This document shows positions 41,942-50,927 of a DNA stretch of 64,000 nucleotides, one piece after another. Position 1 is the stretch's first letter. Every line of letters starts with the position of its first letter. Source of the DNA: an uncultured cyanobacterium. GTDB lineage: Bacteria; Cyanobacteriota; Cyanobacteriia; Cyanobacteriales; Nostocaceae. The stretch covers positions 384,001 through 448,000 of the forward strand of contig CAVUDP010000004.1 of assembly GCA_963740315.1 (NCBI GenBank), written 5' to 3'. A program made the translations under genes and the position numbers. The notes beneath the pieces were generated by a model. It was given only the letters and a program-made list of their open reading frames with translations. It did not search any database and was not told the origin of the DNA.

Positions 41942-42881
41942 AAGTTACAGGCTGACTAACCTTTCCAGAAATAGCAGGCTGGGGGTTTTGTGAAGCGCTT
42001 ACGGTATTCAAACTACCGCCACAGCTACGCAATTCGTAAAGTTTTACGCCGATTTGATATTCGTATTGACTCAAAAGTCTTCCGTAAATATATCCAGCTT
42101 TGCCGTCTAGGAAACCGCGCTGAATTATATAGAACAAAATAAAGCGTAAAAGTGGCTTAAATGGTAATCTTACCCAGATTTTCTTGAGGAAACGTTTGCG
42201 CTGTACTGCATCACCAAACAAACTTGCGCCGATGGTGCCGTCATCGCCTTTACCCGTAAGCAAGTTGTAGTAAACGCGAGCTTCCCAATTGGAATAACGA
42301 TTGTGTCTGGCTAACCAGTGGTAAAGATCGCGGAAATCTTCGTGAAGCATATCATTTTTGAGATATCCGACTTTATTACTTAAAACAACGTGTTCGTGAA
42401 CTTCGTTGTCGCCAGTATTGGGAATATCTTCAGTATTCAGGTTTTCGTAGCGACCTTCTTTATGCTTGAATAAACGCAGGTTCCAATCGGGATATTTACC
42501 ACCGTGGCGAATCCATTTACCCATGAAAAATACGCGGCGATTTAGATAGTAACCACCGTATTCTGCATTTTCGATCGCTAAAGCAATTTCATCCCATAAT
42601 TCAGGGGTAATACGCTCATCACAATCAACTATCAATACCCATTCATTGCGAAAAGGTAAGTTTTCTAAAGACCAATTTTTCTTTTTGGGCCAGCCCCCAA
42701 TAAATTCAAACTGTACGACTTTTGCACCTAAACTTTCAGAAATTTCGATGCTTCGATCGCTACTTTGAGAATCTACAACAAAAACTTCATCTGCTCTGGC
42801 GACACTAGCAAGACAAGCAGGTAAGTTTGCTTCTTCATTCTTAGCTGGGATTAAAACGGAAACTGGAATTTTAGCAGACAT
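41940..42881 (-). CDS. Glycosyltransferase family 2
   Basis: SVLIPAKNEE, VVDSQSSD, VDCDE, VHEH. Confidence 0.92.
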   Translation of the reverse strand: MSAKIPVSVLIPAKNEEANLPACLASVARADEVFVVDSQSSDRSIEISESLGAKVVQFEFIGGWPKKKNWSLENLPFRNEWVLIVDCDERITPELWDEIALAIENAEYGGYYLNRRVFFMGKWIRHGGKYPDWNLRLFKHKEGRYENLNTEDIPNTGDNEVHEHVVLSNKVGYLKNDMLHEDFRDLYHWLARHNRYSNWEARVYYNLLTGKGDDGTIGASLFGDAVQRKRFLKKIWVRLPFKPLLRFILFYIIQRGFLDGKAGYIYGRLLSQYEYQIGVKLYELRSCGGSLNTVSASQNPQPAISGKVSQPVT

Positions 42882-42893
42882 ATAATTATATTT

Positions 42894-42971
42894 TAGTTGT
42901 TAGTTATTAGTTATTAGTTGTTAGTTGTTAGTCGTTAGTTATTAGTTGTTAGCTGTTAGTTGTTAGTTGTT
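42894..42971. repeat. STRR heptamer tract (TTAGTTG variants)
   Basis: Read directly. Confidence 0.85.
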
Positions 42972-43023
42972 CAATTAATCAGCAACTATCCACTATCTAC
43001 TAACTACTATCAAACAAAACTAA

Positions 43024-43950
43024 CTACTTTTTTGTAGATAGAAGTCCCTGAATAGCTGCGTTTAAATAACCTATTTGACCGTAAGCATAAACAAGTTTAT
43101 CAAACCGTTCTGCGGGATCGGAATAATGTTGCACTGCTTTATATAAACCGCGTATAAACCGTTCGCCACCGCGCTGCAACTGCCCCGTATCGGCTTTACC
43201 GGCGAGTTGTTCTCGGTAACATTCGCTTATACCCTGCCACCAACCCCTACTTAAAAACCAGGAACGTTTAAGACGTTCTGGAGAGACATTATGAGCTACC
43301 AAAGCATCGGGAAGATAAGCTACTTCCCAACCTTTTTCTAAGGCTAATTCGGTCATTTGCAGTTCTTCATTGGAAAGTAAGTTTTTACCTACTCGTCCAA
43401 GATGGATGTCGAAACCTCCAATATCATCTAAAAAACTGCGCCGTATCGAATAATTTAAGCCTCTAGGAGTGTCACCTGGCTTTTCAATTTTGACAACGCG
43501 ATCCCCTAAATCGTAAGCTCCCAAATTACCAGCTAATCCCGGTGATAGCCATCGAGGTGGATTGATTTTATCGGGCCACAATAATGTGACTTTACCACCA
43601 GCGATCGCTAATTTAGAGTTGCTTTGATAGGCTGCGTAAAGAACCTGCAACCAGCCCTCGCTTGCTACAGCGTCGTCATCAAGATATGCCAAAATTTCAC
43701 TGTTGGCAGCTTTAGCACCAGTGTTACGGGCTACAGACAATCCGAGAACCGGCTCGTAAATATACTGAAGTAGGGGATTGTCTAATCGCTTTTCTACTAC
43801 TTGTTTGGTATTATCTTTTGACCCATTATCTATCACCACCACTTCAAAGCCTTGGGCAAAATCCTGTGATAAAAGGCTATCTATGGCAGCGCCTAAATAA
43901 TTATCCCGATTATGAGTACAGATAATGGCAGAAATTTGCGTGTCTGGCAT
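43024..43950 (-). CDS. Glycosyltransferase family 2
   Basis: IICTHNR, GLSVARN, YLDDD, LLSNEE. Confidence 0.92.
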   Translation of the reverse strand: MPDTQISAIICTHNRDNYLGAAIDSLLSQDFAQGFEVVVIDNGSKDNTKQVVEKRLDNPLLQYIYEPVLGLSVARNTGAKAANSEILAYLDDDAVASEGWLQVLYAAYQSNSKLAIAGGKVTLLWPDKINPPRWLSPGLAGNLGAYDLGDRVVKIEKPGDTPRGLNYSIRRSFLDDIGGFDIHLGRVGKNLLSNEELQMTELALEKGWEVAYLPDALVAHNVSPERLKRSWFLSRGWWQGISECYREQLAGKADTGQLQRGGERFIRGLYKAVQHYSDPAERFDKLVYAYGQIGYLNAAIQGLLSTKK

Positions 43951-44123
43951 TTTTATTGCAATTTTAGATTTGCCGAAGTTGGATTTTATTAAGACTAATT
44001 CATCATAGCTTTACTGCCATAACATATTAGCTTTGACTAAAATTCAATATCCGCCTGGACAGAATCTTAACCAAAATTTTTATACACACCAACCGAGTTT
44101 TTTCGGATATAAGTTTTAAAGCT

Positions 44124-44891
44124 TTACTTTTGCTCTTTAATATGACCGTATAAAACTACAAGAGTTTCCGCTAATTGGTTTAAGCGATTTTCTAGTTTCT
44201 GCTTGCGTTCTAGAAATTGACGCAATTGTTGATAGCGGGCGATCGCCATACTAACGCTGGGGACTTGTTCGGGTGGACAGGGGCGGGACCAAACTTCACC
44301 ATTCTCATCCAAACCACACAAGCGGTAGCCAGTACGTGAAGATGGGGTATCTTTTTGAGCCGCGCAAATTTCTTCTACATAGTCCATCAAACGGTCAACT
44401 TCTGCATGACGTAGGGTTGCAGTAGCTTCTGCTTGTGGTTCTTTCTTATGAGATTCCAACCAGCCATTAACAATCGGTCCTTGTAAGTATAAATCCTGAA
44501 TTTGTTTGACAACTTTGTGTAGCTCAGTTTGCCAACCAGCAACAATTTCCTGAATTTCTTGCAAGACGTTAGATGCTAATGCAGGATTAGGGCCGTTGTG
44601 GTGGCTGCTGAAACTGGGAGTTTTGAACTTAGGAAGACTTGGGGGTTTAATGTCCTCATCTTGTGCGGGAAAGGTCTGAACTGAATTATCTTGTTCGGAA
44701 TAGTCTTCTTGCGACTGTATGTAAATTTCTTCGATAACTTCTGATGATGATTCATTTGCAGGGGCAGCAATGCGAAACGATAAAGATTCTTGAAGAGAAC
44801 CACTACTATCGGTATTTTCTTCGATAGGGTTCGTAACGCGAATGTCTAAATCCTGCAAAGTTTCCTCAATACGCTTCAATCCTGCTTTCAT
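44124..44891 (-). CDS. Hypothetical protein
   Basis: 255 aa ORF, coiled-coil segments, GPIVNGWLES, YRLCGLD. Confidence 0.75.
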   Translation of the reverse strand: MKAGLKRIEETLQDLDIRVTNPIEENTDSSGSLQESLSFRIAAPANESSSEVIEEIYIQSQEDYSEQDNSVQTFPAQDEDIKPPSLPKFKTPSFSSHHNGPNPALASNVLQEIQEIVAGWQTELHKVVKQIQDLYLQGPIVNGWLESHKKEPQAEATATLRHAEVDRLMDYVEEICAAQKDTPSSRTGYRLCGLDENGEVWSRPCPPEQVPSVSMAIARYQQLRQFLERKQKLENRLNQLAETLVVLYGHIKEQK

Positions 44892-45118
44892 AGAATTATT
44901 CGGTGAAAGTTCCTGTATGCCGTCGGGTAATACAACGCTTTGTTTGACTCAAGTTAAATTTTAATTGAATTTTAAAGTCAACAAGAGCGATCGCATTAAC
45001 CCATATTGTTGTATTTTTATCTATTAAAAGTTATTTGTAACCGATAATCATACCTTTGAGGTAATAAATATCGAAAAAACTGCAACCCCACTTTATTAAA
45101 GATACTGAGGAAACGGCT

Positions 45119-45658
45119 TTGAGTAAAGTTATTCTTGTCACTGGTCCTGCGCGTTCCGGAAAAAGTGAATGGGCAGAAACTTTAGCAAACCAGTCTGCTA
45201 AAAATGTCGTTTATGTAGCAACAGCACTCTTATCACCAGATGACGAACAATGGCAGCAACGCATCATCCAACATAAAAATCGCCGTCCCCAAAGCTGGAT
45301 AACTTTAGAAGTTCCTTTTGAATTATCCGAGACTCTAGCAGATGCCAAACCTAATACTGTTATGCTAGTAGATTCTCTAGGAACCTGGGTAGCAAACTAT
45401 CTCGAAAAAGACGATGTAACTTGGCTTGATACAGTTGAAGAATTTTTACAAACAGTACAACTCGTTGCAGCATCCATGATTTTTGTCGCTGAAGAAACCG
45501 GATGGGGAGTAGTACCAGCATATCCCCTCGGTCAAACCTTCCGCGATCGCCTCGGTTCATTAACTCGCAAACTAGGCGTAATCAGCCAAACAACATACTT
45601 AGTAACCGCCGGACACGTCCTTAATCTCAGCGTACTCGGTAATCGTTTGCCTTCTTGA
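45119..45658 (+). CDS. cobU: Adenosylcobinamide kinase / cobinamide-phosphate guanylyltransferase
   Basis: LVTGPARSGKS, YVATA, H..RRP..W, EETGWGVVP, FRDRLG. Confidence 0.93.
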   Translation: MSKVILVTGPARSGKSEWAETLANQSAKNVVYVATALLSPDDEQWQQRIIQHKNRRPQSWITLEVPFELSETLADAKPNTVMLVDSLGTWVANYLEKDDVTWLDTVEEFLQTVQLVAASMIFVAEETGWGVVPAYPLGQTFRDRLGSLTRKLGVISQTTYLVTAGHVLNLSVLGNRLPS

Positions 45659-45740
45659 TGGGATGGGGGGATGGGGGAGACAAGGGGACAAGGGGAAGAA
45701 TAACTAGTTTCTAACTCCTAGCTCTTAACTCCTAACTCTT
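45657..45740 (+). repeat. Composite repeat: G-rich tract, linker, TAACTCC tract
   Basis: Starts at cobU stop codon. Confidence 0.75.
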
Positions 45741-45831
45741 TCCCAATGCCCAATTCTGCAATTCTTAATTCTTAAGTGTTTATTCAGGATTCACAATCCA
45801 AAATCCAAGCTTTAAAATCTAAAATTAAAGC

Positions 45832-46260
45832 ATGGCATCCAAAACAGAAGTTAAAAAATACCTGGCTCATTGGTTTCAGTTGGGCAAGAAAGTTTTTATA
45901 AACAACGGTGCGGCAAGCTTGCAGCCGCAAAAAGTTGTTGATGGTGAAAGCTACAGTGACGATTTTGAGGAATGCTGGCAAAAAGTTATCTCGCCCTCTT
46001 CGGGTGAGTGCTATCTCGAAGGTACTCAACAAACAATTGCCGAACTACTTTCACCTGAGTGGGATATGGTTTCTTGTTCCCGTTGCGATATGCCGGTACC
46101 CTTGAGATTAGGTATGCCGAAGTTGTGCCCTTGTAACGATCTCCCAAATTGGCCCAATACCGAACTTCCACCACCACGAGAACCAGTGCGATCGCATTTG
46201 CAATTAACTAAAATTCGCGATCGGCTTACGGTAAATCAATCATCTGAGATCGCGGATTAA
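45832..46260 (+). CDS. Hypothetical protein with Cys motifs
   Basis: YLAHWFQLGK, CSRCDMP, CPC. Confidence 0.8.
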   Translation: MASKTEVKKYLAHWFQLGKKVFINNGAASLQPQKVVDGESYSDDFEECWQKVISPSSGECYLEGTQQTIAELLSPEWDMVSCSRCDMPVPLRLGMPKLCPCNDLPNWPNTELPPPREPVRSHLQLTKIRDRLTVNQSSEIAD

Positions 46261-46281
46261 TAAGCACAAGTTTGGAATTTT

Positions 46282-46315
46282 AAGCCCACTTAGTTTAGGT
46301 GGGTTTTGTTTTTTT
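46282..46315 (+). terminator. Probable intrinsic terminator
   Basis: aagcccactta..taggtgggtt followed by T run. Confidence 0.65.
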
Positions 46316-46503
46316 ATATATTCAGAATTTAATTGTTGTAGGTTTTTTATACAATCTTAAATAGTTGATAAGAATTAAGAAACTCAGTTTTTTTTGAAAA
46401 AATCGGGTTTCTATCGTTAACTTAATTGAAGGTGGTTTCTTAATCTCTGTCATCATAGAGAATGTGAGAAGTAAATTAAATTATAAAAATACTACATAAG
46501 GCT

Positions 46504-47451
46504 GTGCAGATAACATTTTTAGGGACGAGTTCTGGGGTACCCACGCGATCGCGCAATGTTTCTAGTGTTGCCCTTCGATTACCGCAAAGAGCAGAATTAT
46601 GGTTATTCGACTGTGGTGAAGGTACTCAACACCAACTATTGCGGAGTGACTTGAAAATGAGTCAGCTCTCCCGAATTTTCATAACTCATATGCACGGCGA
46701 CCATATATTTGGCTTGATGGGGCTTCTTGCTAGCTCCGGTTTAGCTGGTAATGTACGTCGGGTTGATATTTATGGTCCGTCGGAATTAAACGAATATTTG
46801 CAAGCGTGCAGGCGTTATTCTCATACACACTTTTCTTATCCGGTAAAAGTTCACGCCGTTCGTCCGGGGATAGTTTATGAAGATGCCGAATTCACCGTCA
46901 GCTGTGATATTTTACATCATCGAGTCACAGCCTATGGTTATCGCGTAGAGGAAAAAAACCGAGCGGGAAGATTTGATGTAGAAAAAGCCAAAGCCTTAGA
47001 AATTCCACCCGGTAGAATTTACGGTCAACTCAAACGCGGTGAAACGGTAACTTTAAAAGATGGTAGAGTTATCAACGGTTCCGACTTGTGCGGACCTACA
47101 GAAATTGGACGCAAATTTGCTTATTGTACCGACACGGTTTTCTGTGAAAATGCAGTCGATTTAGCTAAAGATGCGGATGTATTGATTCACGAAGCCACTT
47201 TCGCCCACGAAGATTCGCAGATGGCTTTCGACCGCCTGCATTCCACATCCACAATGGCAGCGCAAACAGCATTAGCAGCAGGCGCACATCAGTTAATTAT
47301 GAGTCACTTTAGCCCCCGTTACGCCCCAGGAAACGCGATCGAATTAAAAGACTTACTTCACGAAGGTAGAGCAATTTTCCCCAACACCCAAATGGCTTAC
47401 GATTTCATGACCTACGACGTGCCCAGAAGACGGGAATCAGTTAGGAGTTAG
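46504..47451 (+). CDS. rnz: Ribonuclease Z
   Basis: [35 protein letters not shown]. Confidence 0.96.
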   Translation: MQITFLGTSSGVPTRSRNVSSVALRLPQRAELWLFDCGEGTQHQLLRSDLKMSQLSRIFITHMHGDHIFGLMGLLASSGLAGNVRRVDIYGPSELNEYLQACRRYSHTHFSYPVKVHAVRPGIVYEDAEFTVSCDILHHRVTAYGYRVEEKNRAGRFDVEKAKALEIPPGRIYGQLKRGETVTLKDGRVINGSDLCGPTEIGRKFAYCTDTVFCENAVDLAKDADVLIHEATFAHEDSQMAFDRLHSTSTMAAQTALAAGAHQLIMSHFSPRYAPGNAIELKDLLHEGRAIFPNTQMAYDFMTYDVPRRRESVRS

Positions 47452-47762
47452 CAGTTAGGAGTTAGCAGTTAGGAGTTAGCAGTTAGGAGTTAGCAGTTAG
47501 GAGTTAGGAGGTAGGAGTTAGGAGTTAGGAGTTAGGAGTTAGAAGTTAGGAGATTTTCTACCCCCTCTCCCCAAAGGTTACTGAGCTTGTCGAAGTACTC
47601 CCCATCCCCCCAAAGGTTACTGAGCTTGTCGAAGTACTCCCCATCCCCCCAAAGGTTACTGAGCTTGTCGAAGTACTCCCCATCCCCCCAAAGGTTACTG
47701 AGCTTGTCGAAGTACTCCCCATCTCCCCATCCCCCCATCCCCCCATCCCCCTCTCCCCCATC
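47440..47762 (-). repeat. Composite repeat: heptamer tract plus 4 x 39-bp units plus C-rich tract
   Basis: caaaggttactgagcttgtcgaagtact starts at 47572, 47611, 47650, 47689. Confidence 0.95.
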
Positions 47763-47822
47763 CCTTATCAAGAAAACTTTATACTTGAAATAGAACAATT
47801 TCTTAAAAAGGAGGGTCGAGAA

Positions 47823-49112
47823 ATGGCTCCCAATCCCGCCATCATGCAAGCTGTGGAAAAATTGAATTATCGGGTAACTGTTGGTGATGTGGCTACCCAG
47901 GCTGGATTGAATATCGAAATGGCGAATCAGGGTTTGTTGGCGCTTGCAACTGATGCTGGGGGACATTTGCAGGTGGCTGACACAGGTGATATTGTTTACC
48001 TTTTCCCACGTAATTTCCGCGATGTTTTACGAAATAAATATTTCAAATTAAAGTTGCAGGAATGGTGGAAAAAAATCTGGAAAGTTCTGTTTTATCTAAT
48101 TAGGATATCTTTTGGAATTATCTTAATTGGTTCTATCGCTTTAATTGCGATCGCTATTACTATGATTCTTAGTTCTTTATCGGATCGCGATGATAATGGA
48201 GGTGGTAATTTTGGCGGCGGCGGCGGTATAGGCTTTTTCTACTTTCCAGATTTATTTTGGTTTTTTAGTCCGAATTATAATAGTGGGTATCGAAGCCACG
48301 GACGACGACGCGAAAAGAGCGAGCTAAATTTTTTGGAAGCTGTATTTTCGTTTTTGTTTGGTGACGGAAATCCAAACGCGAATCTGCAAGAACGCCGCTG
48401 GCAGGAAATTGCGACTGTAATTCGTAACAATGACGGCGCGGTTGTTGCCGAACAAATTACACCTTATTTAGATAATCTTGGCGAAACATATCAACAAGAA
48501 TATGAAGATTATATGCTGCCGGTGCTGACAAAATTTAACGGCAAACCAGCGGTGAGTCCTGAAGGTGAAATTGTCTATTCTTTTCCAGAATTACAGGTAA
48601 CTGCTAAAAATAAAAATTCCCAATCAATTCCAGCTTTCTTAAGAGAATTTTCCTGGCGTTTCAGTAAAGCAACTTCCTCACAAGTAATGTTAAGTGCTGG
48701 ATTAGGAGCAGTAAACCTTGTCGGCGCTTTGATGTTGGGAGGATTATTACGAGATGGAACCCTAGCTAGACAAATTGGAGGGCTGGTTGCTTTCGTACAA
48801 GGAATTCACTGGTTGTTGATAGCTTACGGCATAGGCTTTCTAGCAATACCTTTAATACGATACTTTTGGATACAGTGGCGTAACCAAAAAATTAGCGATC
48901 GCAACACTCAGCGTCAAGCCAGAGCGAAGTACATAGCCGCTGCCGACGAAAAGTTACAGCAAAAAATCGATTATGCACATCAGTTCGCAACAAATACGGT
49001 TATCGACAAAGACAACTTAGTTTACTCGACCGAAACTGACTTAATTGAACAAGAATCCGAAAATTCCGCAAAACTTGACGCAGAATGGCGGAAACGACTT
49101 GAGGAAGAGTGA
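47823..49112 (+). CDS. Hypothetical membrane protein
   Basis: RVTVGDVA, FLEAVFSFLFGDGNPN, three hydrophobic segments. Confidence 0.8.
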   Translation: MAPNPAIMQAVEKLNYRVTVGDVATQAGLNIEMANQGLLALATDAGGHLQVADTGDIVYLFPRNFRDVLRNKYFKLKLQEWWKKIWKVLFYLIRISFGIILIGSIALIAIAITMILSSLSDRDDNGGGNFGGGGGIGFFYFPDLFWFFSPNYNSGYRSHGRRREKSELNFLEAVFSFLFGDGNPNANLQERRWQEIATVIRNNDGAVVAEQITPYLDNLGETYQQEYEDYMLPVLTKFNGKPAVSPEGEIVYSFPELQVTAKNKNSQSIPAFLREFSWRFSKATSSQVMLSAGLGAVNLVGALMLGGLLRDGTLARQIGGLVAFVQGIHWLLIAYGIGFLAIPLIRYFWIQWRNQKISDRNTQRQARAKYIAAADEKLQQKIDYAHQFATNTVIDKDNLVYSTETDLIEQESENSAKLDAEWRKRLEEE

Positions 49113-49330
49113 TGGGGAGTACTTCGACAAGCTCAGTAACCTTTGGGGGGATGGGGAGATGGGGAGTACTTCGACAAGCTCAGTAACCTTTGGGGGGATG
49201 GGGAGTACTTCGACAAGCTCAGTAACCTTTGGGGAGAGGGGGTAGAAAATCTACTAACTCATAACTCATAACTCCTAACTCCCAATTCCTAACTCATAAC
49301 TCCTAACTATTCCCCATCCCCAATTCCCAT
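49111..49330 (+). repeat. Composite repeat: 3 units plus heptamer tract, inverted relative to 47440-47762
   Basis: ggagtacttcgacaagctcagtaacctttgggg x3, ggtagaaaatct linker, taactca/taactcc tract. Confidence 0.95.
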
Positions 49331-50497
49331 TTACTTAACTTCAATGGGCGCTAGGGCTACGTTTTTGTAGTAATGACTCAAAATTTGTAGGTGGTTGTAG
49401 CCTTGATTAGCTAAATAATTCGCGCCGTATTGACTCATACCTAAACCATGTCCCCAACCAAGCCCGTTTAGAACGAATGTACCGTTTTGCCCTTTGCTAA
49501 CGGTGAAGCGGGTACTGTTGAGCTTGAGTGCGGTACGAACTTGTTCTCCTTTTAACTCTTTGGTACCTTTTTCACCAATAATCTGCAATTTTTTAACGCT
49601 GTTAAAAGGCGATACTTCTACAGTTTTAATTTCCTTGACATCGCCAACTTCAGGAAACTTTTTATTAATTTGTGCGGATGAGAAACTTTGCTGCCATTGA
49701 CATCGAGGGGCAGTTTTAGCAAGATTGGGGGTATTTAAGTCGAAGTCGGGAACTGCACGCAGGTAAGGTAAGCTATTGCCCCATACGTCTTCTACGTTTT
49801 CGGTATGTCCGCCGGAGCAAGCATGAAATACTGATTCAATAATTTGATTATTGTGGGTTAATACTTGCCCTGCTGTAGCGTCTACTGCGGCGTAAATTTT
49901 AGGATGTTCTTTGGATACGCCTTGGTAAATCTGCCATTTATCTGGAGTGTCTCCGACATCATAAAGAGGATTAGTTTGCTCTTTCTGTCTTCTGTAAAGG
50001 GCGTAACTACGAGCGGCTATGGCTTGAGCTTGAAGGGCTTCGGGATGCCATCGAGCATCCATTTCGCCACCTAATACGCTGTAAAGATATTCTTCTAAAT
50101 CCACCCAGTTAACGGCGGTTAATCCTTTTTCTGTAGGGATAACTAAGGTTCTACCCCGATACCACTTGTCGCCAATGTAAACAAATCCTTTACCTTCGGG
50201 TTCGATCCAAAATAAAGGGGATTTCCACTTGTTTAAAGCGACTCCACCGGCAACTGCTTGAGCGTAGTATGCTTCTCTTGCCGGTAATTTTCCTAAAGTA
50301 TTTCCGCTTCCATCTTTAATAACCGCAGCCGTGTTGCTGCCGACTTTGACTTGTGGCTTATCCCGCTCAATCGCCACGCGCATAATTACCGATGCTTGTG
50401 CTGGGATAATCAAAAACATCCACAACAGCACGCCAAGCCACCAATGCCGTACTTTGATCTTAGATAACATAGAAGAATTGTAAAGGTGGAATTTCAT
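49331..50497 (-). CDS. SpoIID/LytB domain protein
   Basis: LEEYLYSV, ALQAQAIAARSYA, GWGHGLGMSQYGA, ILSHYY. Confidence 0.93.
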   Translation of the reverse strand: MKFHLYNSSMLSKIKVRHWWLGVLLWMFLIIPAQASVIMRVAIERDKPQVKVGSNTAAVIKDGSGNTLGKLPAREAYYAQAVAGGVALNKWKSPLFWIEPEGKGFVYIGDKWYRGRTLVIPTEKGLTAVNWVDLEEYLYSVLGGEMDARWHPEALQAQAIAARSYALYRRQKEQTNPLYDVGDTPDKWQIYQGVSKEHPKIYAAVDATAGQVLTHNNQIIESVFHACSGGHTENVEDVWGNSLPYLRAVPDFDLNTPNLAKTAPRCQWQQSFSSAQINKKFPEVGDVKEIKTVEVSPFNSVKKLQIIGEKGTKELKGEQVRTALKLNSTRFTVSKGQNGTFVLNGLGWGHGLGMSQYGANYLANQGYNHLQILSHYYKNVALAPIEVK

Positions 50498-50927
50498 GCT
50501 ACTGATAATAATCTGGTTAGATTTATATATGTTTGACGGATATTCAGACGGTAGTTTCCCTGAAAACGGGTTTTTATTTAAATTAAACGCAGGCTAATTA
50601 GACTAACAATAATTATATAGTTTTTTTAGTATTCTACATATGTTTATTTACTAATATAGATTGCTTACTTTCAAATTTATTAAATTAATCAAATTTTATA
50701 AACTCATCAATAATTATAATAGATTCTAATCCATATTATAAAAAGTATTGACTAGGTTACGTATATTCTTATGCCATAATTTAAATTGTTTTGTACGAGC
50801 AATTTATAATTCTAATTTTATTGCGATCGCAAAATATTCCCAGAGATAAGCGGAAGAGAAATTAAATTGATTGCTAATCCCATCTACCGCTTAAAATTAT
50901 TTTTTCATAGCATAAAAATTAACCGTT

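Noticed and set aside
47572..47720. CRISPR array (also 49111-49235 and 60233-60368)
   Set aside because: Intervening sequences are short, repeated and low-complexity rather than unique spacers; no cas genes in the window.
47532..47966. ORFs with WGDGEYFDKLSNL or STSTSSVTF repeats as RiPP precursor candidates (also 49045-49245)
   Set aside because: Open only because the 39-bp unit lacks stops in those frames; no leader or modifying enzymes; same DNA occurs in other spacings and orientations.
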